A DNA stretch of 43,270 bases, from the sequence record SRR20825006_314. The stretch is one strand, 5' to 3'. Both the position numbers and the translations under genes were made by a program. Below are positions 8,159 through 15,763 of this stretch, in pieces (the first letter of the stretch is position 1; each line of letters opens with the position of its first letter). The notes under the pieces are model-generated. The model saw nothing but the letters and a program-made list of their open reading frames with translations. It had not been told where the DNA came from and did not search any database.

Positions 8159-9259
8159 TTATTCAGCGATTTCGTCAGCGTTTTTTGTGTCGGATTTGCT
8201 GTTTGGCACCGCTACAGTTTCATTGAGATTTTGCACAATGGTGTTCACGATCAACAGCATTGGAACCGCAATAAAGCCGCCCAATGGTCCCCACGCCCAA
8301 ATCCAGTAGGTCAAGGTGACGAACACCAGAAATGGATTCAGCATCATGGCGCGGCCGATGATGGTTGGGGTGACAAATTGTGCTTCGATGCCATTGATGA
8401 TTGTGTAGATGATCACGGGGATCAGCGCCGCATTAAGCGTGTCAAATGTCACAAGGCCAACGCCGAAAAGGCTGGCGATCATGATTACGGGGCCGATATA
8501 TGTGATGTAATTTAATACGCCGGCCAACATGCCCCACAAGAAAGGTGCAGGAATGCCTGCGGCCCACAGCGCAAATGAGATGGTGAGGCCTAGGCCTATA
8601 TTGATGAAGGTGATGGACAGCAAATAGCGTGAGATAAACTGCTCCACATCATCGAAAATGTGGGACACAGCCCGCCGTGTTCTTTCGACAGAGAACAGGC
8701 CGATCACGAAGGTTTTGATTTGCTCGCGTGTCGCGATGAAAAAATAAAGGCTGACCAGAAAAATCAGAATTTGTGCAAAGAAAGTGGGCGCAGAGAAGGC
8801 TACGGTTTCAATTGGTGAGCCGTCTTCTACCTGCACCACCATATCTGCCGATTGGCTGGTGAACTTGTTTAACTGTTCGCGCGCACCTTCCACGGCCGAC
8901 ATCATGCCTTGCCAATCGGCAAGGATGCCTTGCAGTTTGCGCCACAATTCAGGCAGGCGCGAAATCCAGCCGGAAAGCGGCAAGATGACCGCGGTGAGCA
9001 TGGTGCTCAAGATCAAGAAGAAGGCAACCACCACAGCGCCGCCTGAGACGGCGGGCGAAACGCCAAACTTTTCAATGCGGTCGGCGAGGGGGCCGAACAT
9101 GAGGCCAATCACGATTGACGAGACGAGGGGTGCCAAGATGACTTGCCCCCAAATCAGAAGCGCTGAGCCACCTAGCACAATGACCAAGGTCAAGGCACCC
9201 AATTGCAACAGGCTGATCACCCATGGGGCGGGCTGCAAATTTTCAAAATGATTGGACAT
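8159..9259 (-). CDS. AI-2E (UPF0118/PerM) family transporter
   Basis: Multi-TM protein with LNYITYIGP, IEAQFVTP.IIGR...LNP and WGPLGGFIAVP motifs. Confidence 0.88.
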   Translation of the reverse strand: MSNHFENLQPAPWVISLLQLGALTLVIVLGGSALLIWGQVILAPLVSSIVIGLMFGPLADRIEKFGVSPAVSGGAVVVAFFLILSTMLTAVILPLSGWISRLPELWRKLQGILADWQGMMSAVEGAREQLNKFTSQSADMVVQVEDGSPIETVAFSAPTFFAQILIFLVSLYFFIATREQIKTFVIGLFSVERTRRAVSHIFDDVEQFISRYLLSITFINIGLGLTISFALWAAGIPAPFLWGMLAGVLNYITYIGPVIMIASLFGVGLVTFDTLNAALIPVIIYTIINGIEAQFVTPTIIGRAMMLNPFLVFVTLTYWIWAWGPLGGFIAVPMLLIVNTIVQNLNETVAVPNSKSDTKNADEIAE

Positions 9260-9330
9260 AGGTGATCGTCTCACAGCTCTAATGATGACAAAGGGGCAAA
9301 AAATAAAGCCGACAGCGCAGCGGGGCGGCG

Positions 9331-9759
9331 CTATCGGGGGAGTTGTTTTAGATCGGCTTTTTTGTCTTGTTCATTGCTCAGCAATGACCAGCCGATCAAC
9401 GCCACAGCGGGGGCAAGCAACTTGTTTTTTTCCAAAGCACGGTCCACCGTTTCGTGTGCCAAGGTGGCCAGCAATTGTGTTTGCGCTGCGGTTTGGCGTT
9501 CGCGGGCGCGTCGATCGCGCACGCTTTTGATCAGCCAAACAAGCGCTGTGAGCACCAGCATGGACGCGGCGACGATCAAGGAGGCATAGACCGGATCTAA
9601 TGCGCGTTCGAGGGCGAACCAAGCCGCCGCAATAAGCGCAATGTAGGCTACGATGCCAGTTGCAGCGCACACCAGCACCATGATGGAGTTGGTTTGCACC
9701 CTATTCATCATGATGCTGGTGAGATGTGTGGTCAAAATGCTGATCGCGTTGTTTGACAT
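9331..9759 (-). CDS. Hypothetical 2-TM membrane protein (YqjE/holin-like position after DUF883)
   Basis: Two hydrophobic helices followed by a basic stretch. Starts 4 nt after the DUF883 stop. Confidence 0.65.
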   Translation of the reverse strand: MSNNAISILTTHLTSIMMNRVQTNSIMVLVCAATGIVAYIALIAAAWFALERALDPVYASLIVAASMLVLTALVWLIKSVRDRRARERQTAAQTQLLATLAHETVDRALEKNKLLAPAVALIGWSLLSNEQDKKADLKQLPR

Positions 9760-9763
9760 TGGC

Positions 9764-10072
9764 TTATCCGCGTGAAGAAAGAAGCGCGATGGCGATGCCG
9801 GCACCTAGTGCCAAGCCAACGGATTTCAACGGCTGCTTCTTAATGTAAGTGCGGATTTGCTCCATCTCTTCATTGGCCAGTTCGGCAGTTTTCTGCGTTG
9901 TTTCGCTCACTGCTTCTGCGGCCTGATCCATTTTGCTCTCGCCCTTATCGCTTACGGCTTTCATCAAAGCGTGCACATCGCTTTGCAAACCTTCGATTTG
10001 GGACTCTAGCGCTTTAACGAGATCGGTTTGGTTGGTCGTACTTGTTTTGCGTGTTGTTGTTTTTGTAGCCAT
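9764..10072 (-). CDS. DUF883 / ElaB-YqjD-like tail-anchored protein
   Basis: Helical body ending YIKKQPLKSVGLALGAGIAIALLSSR. AAGGAG RBS before ATG at 10072. Confidence 0.85.
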   Translation of the reverse strand: MATKTTTRKTSTTNQTDLVKALESQIEGLQSDVHALMKAVSDKGESKMDQAAEAVSETTQKTAELANEEMEQIRTYIKKQPLKSVGLALGAGIAIALLSSRG

Positions 10073-10103
10073 GGTGATCTCCTTTTCAGGTTGGTAAAAG
10101 TTA

Positions 10104-10128
10104 AACGCCACGCTTTTACTTTGGTTCC
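10104..10128 (-). promoter_or_regulatory. EcfG promoter for the DUF883 operon
   Basis: Exact GGAAC-N16-CGTT on the minus strand. Confidence 0.88.
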
Positions 10129-10130
10129 AC

Positions 10131-10161
10131 AAAAAAAGAGGCGCTGAAAACAGCGCCTCTT
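10131..10161 (-). terminator. Intrinsic terminator after the PRC-barrel operon
   Basis: Minus strand AAGAGGCGCTG-TTTT-CAGCGCCTCTT-TTTTT. Confidence 0.85.
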
Positions 10162-10181
10162 GTGCAGATATTTTGAAATAT

Positions 10182-11309
10182 CTATTTGATGATGATGCCA
10201 TCAGGATTGTTTGTATATTCTTCTTCAGAATATGTTGGGCCTGATTCAAGTGTTGCTTTTGTGAAGTCAGAGCGTACACGCAAGCCACCATTGGCATCAG
10301 TGTAGATTTTCAATTCACTAGCAGCCAATGCTACTGGCTTTTCGCCAAGGCCCAAGAAGCCACCTACATCAACGATATAAGCTGTCACTTGGCCATCTTG
10401 TGTCATCAACACGTCTGAGATTTCGCCAACATCTTCACGGTCTGGACCGTAAACACGAGTGCCCATCAATTCTTCGGCGCTCAATTCACCAGTGGCCACA
10501 GTTTCCATGCCTTCATCTTCCCAGTTCCAACCCATGTCGGTGTTCATCTGGGTAGAGCCATCAGTGTTCATTTCACCTTCAGCTGACATTTCAGTGTCGG
10601 CGTTCATGTCACCTTCGGCAGACATTTCTGTGTTTTCACCATCTTGTGGTGGTGTTGGTGCTTGCTCACCATCATTGTTGGTGGCGTTGTCCATTGTGTT
10701 TTCAACATTCTGCTGAGTTTCATTCAGCCATTGCTGGCCTTCCTCAGTCCAAGACAAACGCTCAGATGTGTATTCACCTTCTGATTCAAGCTTTGCACGG
10801 TCAAATGCCGGTGCTGCTTCCAGGTCAGCTTTGGTCATGCTGGTCACGATAACGCGTTCGCCATCGCGCTCAACCCAAGTGATGTCTTCAACTGACAGGG
10901 CAACTTCTTTTTCGCCCAGGCCGAGGAAGCCACCAACACCAATGATGATCCATTCAGCGTTGCCTTTTTCGTCCATCACAACATCGTGGATGTTGCCAAC
11001 AGATTCTGCGCCAGATTCACCTTCAACAAACACTTGCTTGTCGAGAAGGTTGGTGGCCAACAAAGCATTGGCGTCAACACCTGCATTGGTGCCCATTGCG
11101 CCGTCTTTGCCCATTGTGGCTGCATCGGCGTTTACATCTGTGTTCACTTCACCGTCAACTTGAACACCATCTTGTGTGTCCACGCTTACATCAGCTTCAA
11201 CACCAGTTTGGGTGTCAGTTGAAAGTGTGTGGTTGTCAGCAAAACCAGCTGGGGCCATCAGGGCCAACAAAGCGGTTGTTGTAAGCAGTTTTGATGTCAT
11301 CTTTTTCAT
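10182..11309 (-). CDS. Secreted acidic protein with two PRC-barrel domains
   Basis: Signal peptide ending APAGFA. Two G-x-I-x-D...VGGFLGLGEK motifs. Confidence 0.88.
   Translation of the reverse strand: MKKMTSKLLTTTALLALMAPAGFADNHTLSTDTQTGVEADVSVDTQDGVQVDGEVNTDVNADAATMGKDGAMGTNAGVDANALLATNLLDKQVFVEGESGAESVGNIHDVVMDEKGNAEWIIIGVGGFLGLGEKEVALSVEDITWVERDGERVIVTSMTKADLEAAPAFDRAKLESEGEYTSERLSWTEEGQQWLNETQQNVENTMDNATNNDGEQAPTPPQDGENTEMSAEGDMNADTEMSAEGEMNTDGSTQMNTDMGWNWEDEGMETVATGELSAEELMGTRVYGPDREDVGEISDVLMTQDGQVTAYIVDVGGFLGLGEKPVALAASELKIYTDANGGLRVRSDFTKATLESGPTYSEEEYTNNPDGIIIK
10566..10633. repeat. Imperfect 36-nt tandem duplication in the PRC-barrel linker (TEMSAEG[D/E]MN x2)
   Basis: gttcatttcaccttcagctgacatttcagtgt at 10566 and gttcatgtcaccttcggcagacatttctgtgt at 10602. 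Confidence 0.8.
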
Positions 11310-11355
11310 TTTTATTCTCCTTGATAACTCTTTGACGCTTCCTAGGGGGAGGAAA

Positions 11356-12078
11356 TTATTGTTGTTCTGCGCTCAGGCGTGCTTCGCCTTCAGCGGTCCA
11401 TGAAAATTCATCGACTGTGTATTCGCCGCTGGCTTCAATTGCTGCGCGGTCAAACTCTTCTGCCGCTTCAAGTTCAGCCTGGGTCATTTGGGTTACGACA
11501 ATTTGCTCATTGTCGATGTTTGCCCAAGCAACTTGTTCTGCTGCGATGGCAACTTCTTTTTCGCCAAGGCCGAGGAAGCCACCTACGCCAACGATTACCC
11601 AGTCAGCATTGCCTTCATCGTCCATCACAACGTCGTTTACATCGCCAACAACTTGAACATCGGCATCAGCGCTTGTGTGCACTTCTTGACCCAACAGGTC
11701 AGTTGCCAAAATTGCGCCGGCAGAAAGGTCGGCAGACAATGATGTTTCTTCACCATTGTTTAGGTCCACAGTGCCGTCTACAGAAGCATCAGCGCTTGTG
11801 TCGCCATTTTCGCTGGTGTCGGTATCAACGCTTGTGTCAACAGTGGCGTCTACCCCGGCATCCACACTGCCGTCAGTGTTGTTTTCGTCGGTGTCAATAC
11901 CAGCGTCCACGCCAACGCCTGCACCCAAATCAACATTGAGGCCGTCATTGTTTTCGTCAGAGCTGGTTTCAACACCTGCATCAAGATTTGTGTCAACGCC
12001 TACATTAAGGCTGTCGGCAAATGCTGGTGCAGATAGCAAAGTAATAATTGCTGTTGTTGCGAAAAGTTTCTTTGACAT
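11356..12078 (-). CDS. Secreted acidic protein with low-complexity D/V/G/T N-region and one PRC-barrel domain
   Basis: Signal peptide ending SAPAFA. VGDVNDVVMD...WVIVGVGGFLGLGEKEVA. Paralogous to the downstream gene. Confidence 0.87.
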   Translation of the reverse strand: MSKKLFATTAIITLLSAPAFADSLNVGVDTNLDAGVETSSDENNDGLNVDLGAGVGVDAGIDTDENNTDGSVDAGVDATVDTSVDTDTSENGDTSADASVDGTVDLNNGEETSLSADLSAGAILATDLLGQEVHTSADADVQVVGDVNDVVMDDEGNADWVIVGVGGFLGLGEKEVAIAAEQVAWANIDNEQIVVTQMTQAELEAAEEFDRAAIEASGEYTVDEFSWTAEGEARLSAEQQ

Positions 12079-12137
12079 GTTTCTCTCCTTTTGTATTCAC
12101 TCCATTTATATTTGTTTTATTGTGGAGCTGGGTGAGG

Positions 12138-12162
12138 AACGTAATATTTAATATTTAGTTCC
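12138..12162 (-). promoter_or_regulatory. EcfG promoter for the PRC-barrel genes
   Basis: Minus strand GGAAC-taaatattaaatatta-CGTT. Confidence 0.88.
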
Positions 12163-12185
12163 TAAAAATTTTTATTTTATTTTTC

Positions 12186-12344
12186 TTAGATGTAGCCGAG
12201 CATCCAAATAAGTAGGAACACGACCAGAATAAGGCCTATGCCGCCAACTGGGCGATAGCCCCAGCCGCGTGAATATGGCCATGCCGGTGCGGCGCCAACT
12301 ACAGAAATAATGAGAAGTAGTAGTATAAGTGTGGTTATACCCAT
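12186..12344 (-). CDS. DUF3309 family small membrane protein, 52 aa
   Basis: VGAAPAWPYSRGWGYRPVGGIGLIL signature. AGAGG RBS before ATG at 12344. Confidence 0.9.
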   Translation of the reverse strand: MGITTLILLLLIISVVGAAPAWPYSRGWGYRPVGGIGLILVVFLLIWMLGYI

Positions 12345-12391
12345 GATGTCCTCTGTTATGTTTTGGATCACTATTTGTTGATCACTAACAG

Positions 12392-12416
12392 AACGGTATA
12401 TTACTGGGTTTGTTCC
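12392..12416 (-). promoter_or_regulatory. EcfG promoter for DUF3309
   Basis: Exact GGAAC-N16-CGTT on the minus strand. Confidence 0.88.
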
Positions 12417-12442
12417 AAACTATATTGTGGTTTTATTTAGGC

Positions 12443-12508
12443 AAAAAATGGGCCAATTGTGAAGCAAGGGCTGGTTGGGGGGAGGGGAGGTGCTCCGCAA
12501 TTGGCCCA
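12443..12508 (-). ncRNA. Candidate 3'-UTR sRNA / terminator hairpin with a C-rich loop
   Basis: 18-bp stem (one mismatch, one G-U), 24-nt loop CCUCCCCUCCCCCCAACCAGCCCU, then UUUUUU. Confidence 0.5.
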
Positions 12509-12527
12509 ATTCTGGAGGTCGTCTATT

Positions 12528-12722
12528 TTATTCGCTTGGTGTCAGTTCTTCGGGAACTTTCAGTTCAACTGATACGCTTTCGCTGCCGCTGAAATAGCCG
12601 CTGTAAGCCAAGTAGCCTACAAAAATCACCGCGGCTGCTAGGACGATGGCAACAAATACGCCTAGCGGGTTCGATGATGAGTTTGAAACGACAACTGTTT
12701 CTCTTTCATTATTATCTGACAT
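12528..12722 (-). CDS. Small single-TM hypothetical protein, 64 aa
   Basis: MSDNNERETVVVSNSSSNPLGVFVAIVLAAAVIFVGYLAYSG... AAGGAG RBS and its own EcfG promoter. Confidence 0.82.
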   Translation of the reverse strand: MSDNNERETVVVSNSSSNPLGVFVAIVLAAAVIFVGYLAYSGYFSGSESVSVELKVPEELTPSE

Positions 12723-12750
12723 CTCGTCGCTCCTTTCGTGCTGCCTGAAC

Positions 12751-12775
12751 AACGTGCGACGCTCAACTTGGTTCC
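12751..12775 (-). promoter_or_regulatory. EcfG promoter for the 64-aa protein
   Basis: Exact GGAAC-N16-CGTT on the minus strand. Confidence 0.88.
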
Positions 12776-12825
12776 TGCAAAATTTAAAAGTTTTTTGCGT
12801 ATGGACGGAAAAATTATTTAGACAC

Positions 12826-12855
12826 AAAAAAGCCGCCCGGTTGGGGCGGCTTTTT
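12826..12855 (-). terminator. Intrinsic terminator after ask-ect
   Basis: AAAAAAGCCGCCC-ggttg-GGGCGGCTTTTT. Confidence 0.85.
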
Positions 12856-12874
12856 CACAATTATATCATGCAGA

Positions 12875-14311
12875 TTATGCAGCGATCTTTTTCTCGAGTG
12901 CTTCGGTTTTTTCAACCAGCGCTTCGTGCAGAATTTTGATTGATGCATCATAGTCTGATCGATCGACGATGATTTGCACATCCACCTTGCGCAGCAGGTC
13001 TTGCATGCTAAGCGGGGTGATGCCGGCTTTGGCTAGGGCCAAAATGGCTTGTGCCGCCACATCGCAACCTTTTAAATTGCGGCCAATGGCGGAGATGAAC
13101 GCCACCTTGCGCGAGCTGATTTCTGCGGCCGGAAATTCTTTTGAAAGATCCGATTCAACTCGCTTGATGTTTTTCAGTGACCCTTTCAAAAAGTGGGTGA
13201 TGGTGTTGGCGTTAGATGTTTTGGAGATGATCTGCACCTTGTGGCGTGTCAACGCATCCAAAATGCGAGTGTCATATCCTTTAACGCCCACCATATCTTG
13301 TTCGAAAAACTCAAAGGCAATCACATTGTCGAGGCCGGTGATGATTTCCACGCCGGCTTTTTCGCCTTGGTCGGTGGCGTTGATTGTGGTGCCTGGGTGT
13401 TCCGGCTCGAATGAGTTTTTGATCCGCAATGGAATATTTGCTTGGCGCAAGCCCTTCGCGGCAGAGGGGTGAATGGCTTCCATGCCCATATTGGACAATT
13501 GGTCAGCCACATCATAATTGGTGTCGCCGATCACTTGCACTGCATCTTCACCCACCACTTTCGGGTCAGCAGAGGACAAGTGGAATTCCTTATGGATGAT
13601 CGCTTCTTTTGCTTCGGTGATCACCGCGATGCGTGACAGTGTCACCTCGCTATAGCCGCGGTCGTAGGTTTTCATCAACGCTTCTTTGGATTGGGCGTAA
13701 CCTGTGACAATTGGCAGTTCTTTGCTCACATCGATGTCTTTGAACGCATTTTTGATGTTCTCATCAAGGCTATATTGCTCTTCATTGCGCCAGCCTGAAA
13801 GGTCAACCATGCGCGCATTGACGCCATTCAACTGCAGCAGCAACGCGGTGTTGTGTGCAGAATGAACTTCGCCCAATGCGGATAGCATTTCGCGAACAGT
13901 CAGCAGGTGATTGTCTAGACGGAAATGGCCATATGAGCACAGACGGTGCAAATCGATCAGGCAAGAGCGTACGCCTTCGATCCGTTCGCGCACGAAAGCG
14001 TTGGCGGTGCTAAGCGCCTGCTGGTCGCTGAAGATTTCGGCGTTAATTTCCTGCATGCGCTTGGCCAATTTGTCCAAGGCATCGCCCCAAGCCCAGTCGC
14101 TTTCAGCGCTGGCAAAAAGAGCGTACACGCCAGGGGCGCCGGATTTTTTGTGCTCAAGCAGATCATTGGTGATGCCGCCATAGGCAGACACAACAAAGAT
14201 ACGATTGTAAAGCGCGTCACCTTTACGGTCCCCGATCAGAACATTTTCTAAAAGTTCGTGGGTACGTGACATAGATGTCCCGCCGATTTTCTCAACTGTG
14301 TGGTTCGGCAT
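12875..14311 (-). CDS. ask: Ectoine-associated aspartate kinase (Ask_Ect)
   Basis: HTVEKIGGTSMS, VVSAYGGIT, DRGYSE and SADP motifs. Last gene of the ect operon. Confidence 0.94.
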   Translation of the reverse strand: MPNHTVEKIGGTSMSRTHELLENVLIGDRKGDALYNRIFVVSAYGGITNDLLEHKKSGAPGVYALFASAESDWAWGDALDKLAKRMQEINAEIFSDQQALSTANAFVRERIEGVRSCLIDLHRLCSYGHFRLDNHLLTVREMLSALGEVHSAHNTALLLQLNGVNARMVDLSGWRNEEQYSLDENIKNAFKDIDVSKELPIVTGYAQSKEALMKTYDRGYSEVTLSRIAVITEAKEAIIHKEFHLSSADPKVVGEDAVQVIGDTNYDVADQLSNMGMEAIHPSAAKGLRQANIPLRIKNSFEPEHPGTTINATDQGEKAGVEIITGLDNVIAFEFFEQDMVGVKGYDTRILDALTRHKVQIISKTSNANTITHFLKGSLKNIKRVESDLSKEFPAAEISSRKVAFISAIGRNLKGCDVAAQAILALAKAGITPLSMQDLLRKVDVQIIVDRSDYDASIKILHEALVEKTEALEKKIAA

Positions 14312-14387
14312 GGTTACTCCTTATTTGGACGCTTAAAATGTGCATCAGCGTGGGGCTGATGCACGGATTGGCGAATTTCAATGTCGC

Positions 14388-15323
14388 CTATTCAATATGC
14401 CCTTCGCGCAGGGTCAGCGGTTGTTTTGGCTGGCGGCGCGCCAAGAAATTCGGGCGCGGTTTTTCTGCGCCGAACGGGGCTTCAAGTTGGTTCGACCACG
14501 CATTGTAAACAAAGAAAGCATTTGAGCGTGGGAAGGGGGTGATGTTGCCATTTGAGCCGTGCATGGTGTTGCAGTCAAAAAGGATTACGGTGCCTTTTTT
14601 GCCTGCCGCATATTCAATGCCATGCTTTTGCGCCATCTTGGATAGCGTTTCGGCTGAAGGCACGCCCACTTCTTGTTTTTTCAATGAACTTTTATGGTTG
14701 TCTTCCGGTGTTTTGCCCGCGCAGGACACAAAAGTGTTCTGCGAGCCCGGCATCAACATCAGTGGCCCGTTCAGCGCATCATTGTCTGTGAGCAAAACGG
14801 AAGCTGAGATGGCGCGCATGCGCGGCATGCCATCTTCGGCGTGCCAGGTTTCAAAATCTGAGTGCCAGTAGAACTCTTTGCCCGTTAGGCCCGGCTTATA
14901 ATTTAAGCGAGATTGGTGCACATAGATTTCGTCATCCAGCAGAAACCGCACTGGTTCTGCAATGCGCACATCTTCGGCCAAACGAGAAAAGACTTCGCTT
15001 TGCAAGTCCAGATCGAAGATTGTGCGCACATCGTTGGTGTCCGGCTCGGTCACCAGGCTTTCTTGAGAGAGTTTTGTGCTATCTGAACGTAGGCGCGCGC
15101 TTTCTTCGACCAGGGCGTCAATTTCACCAGGCAAAAAGATTTTCTCAAGGATGAGAAAGCCATCACGTTGGAACTTTTCAACCTGATCTGTGGCCAGTGG
15201 CGCACCGGGGCGCCATTCGGACCAGACAACAGGGTCCTTCCGCTCAACCCAGCTTTCGCCATCTGTCAAACGTGTTACGTAATGATCTTCTTGTTCTATC
15301 GGCTTAATTGCAACGCTGCTCAT
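14388..15323 (-). CDS. ectD: Ectoine hydroxylase
   Basis: Signature FYWHSDFETWHAEDGMP and FDCNTMHGSNGNITPFPRSN. GGAG RBS before ATG at 15323. Confidence 0.96.
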   Translation of the reverse strand: MSSVAIKPIEQEDHYVTRLTDGESWVERKDPVVWSEWRPGAPLATDQVEKFQRDGFLILEKIFLPGEIDALVEESARLRSDSTKLSQESLVTEPDTNDVRTIFDLDLQSEVFSRLAEDVRIAEPVRFLLDDEIYVHQSRLNYKPGLTGKEFYWHSDFETWHAEDGMPRMRAISASVLLTDNDALNGPLMLMPGSQNTFVSCAGKTPEDNHKSSLKKQEVGVPSAETLSKMAQKHGIEYAAGKKGTVILFDCNTMHGSNGNITPFPRSNAFFVYNAWSNQLEAPFGAEKPRPNFLARRQPKQPLTLREGHIE

Positions 15324-15361
15324 AGCTCGCTCCTTTTCGTTGGAAAACAAAAACTCACTCT

Positions 15362-15760
15362 CTATTCTGCCGCGACCTCCGGTGCAGGTGCGTATGAACC
15401 GTCTTCCCGGTGCACTTCGTTGCCCGTTACTGGCGGGTTGAAGGTGCATGCAAAGGTGATTTGGCTTTTGGCTGACAACTCATGCTTGTCATTTTTGTCC
15501 AAGGCATAGATCACACCTGGTTTGATTTCATGCACTTCGCCTGTTGCCAAGTCTTTGATCTGGCCTTCGCCCTCAATGCAGAACACTGCTTCTAGGTGAT
15601 GCTTATAATGGAATACGTGTGAGGTGCCTGCTTTGATGCGGGTGATATGGAACGAGAAGCCCATATTGTCATCCGCTAGCAGCAGGCGGGTGCTGTCCCA
15701 CCCATCGGTGGAAATCAGTCGGTCAGTTTCACGTGCTTTGTTTAAATCGCGTACAATCAT
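15362..15760 (-). CDS. ectC: L-ectoine synthase
   Basis: MIVR...[20 protein letters not shown]...YKHHLEAV...[11 protein letters not shown]. Confidence 0.97.
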   Translation of the reverse strand: MIVRDLNKARETDRLISTDGWDSTRLLLADDNMGFSFHITRIKAGTSHVFHYKHHLEAVFCIEGEGQIKDLATGEVHEIKPGVIYALDKNDKHELSAKSQITFACTFNPPVTGNEVHREDGSYAPAPEVAAE

Positions 15761-15763
15761 TTT

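Noticed and set aside
11339-11354. Short TTCCT-aggggg-AGGAA hairpin with a C-rich loop on the minus strand between the PRC-barrel genes
   Set aside because: Only a 5-bp stem, too weak to call a structured RNA.
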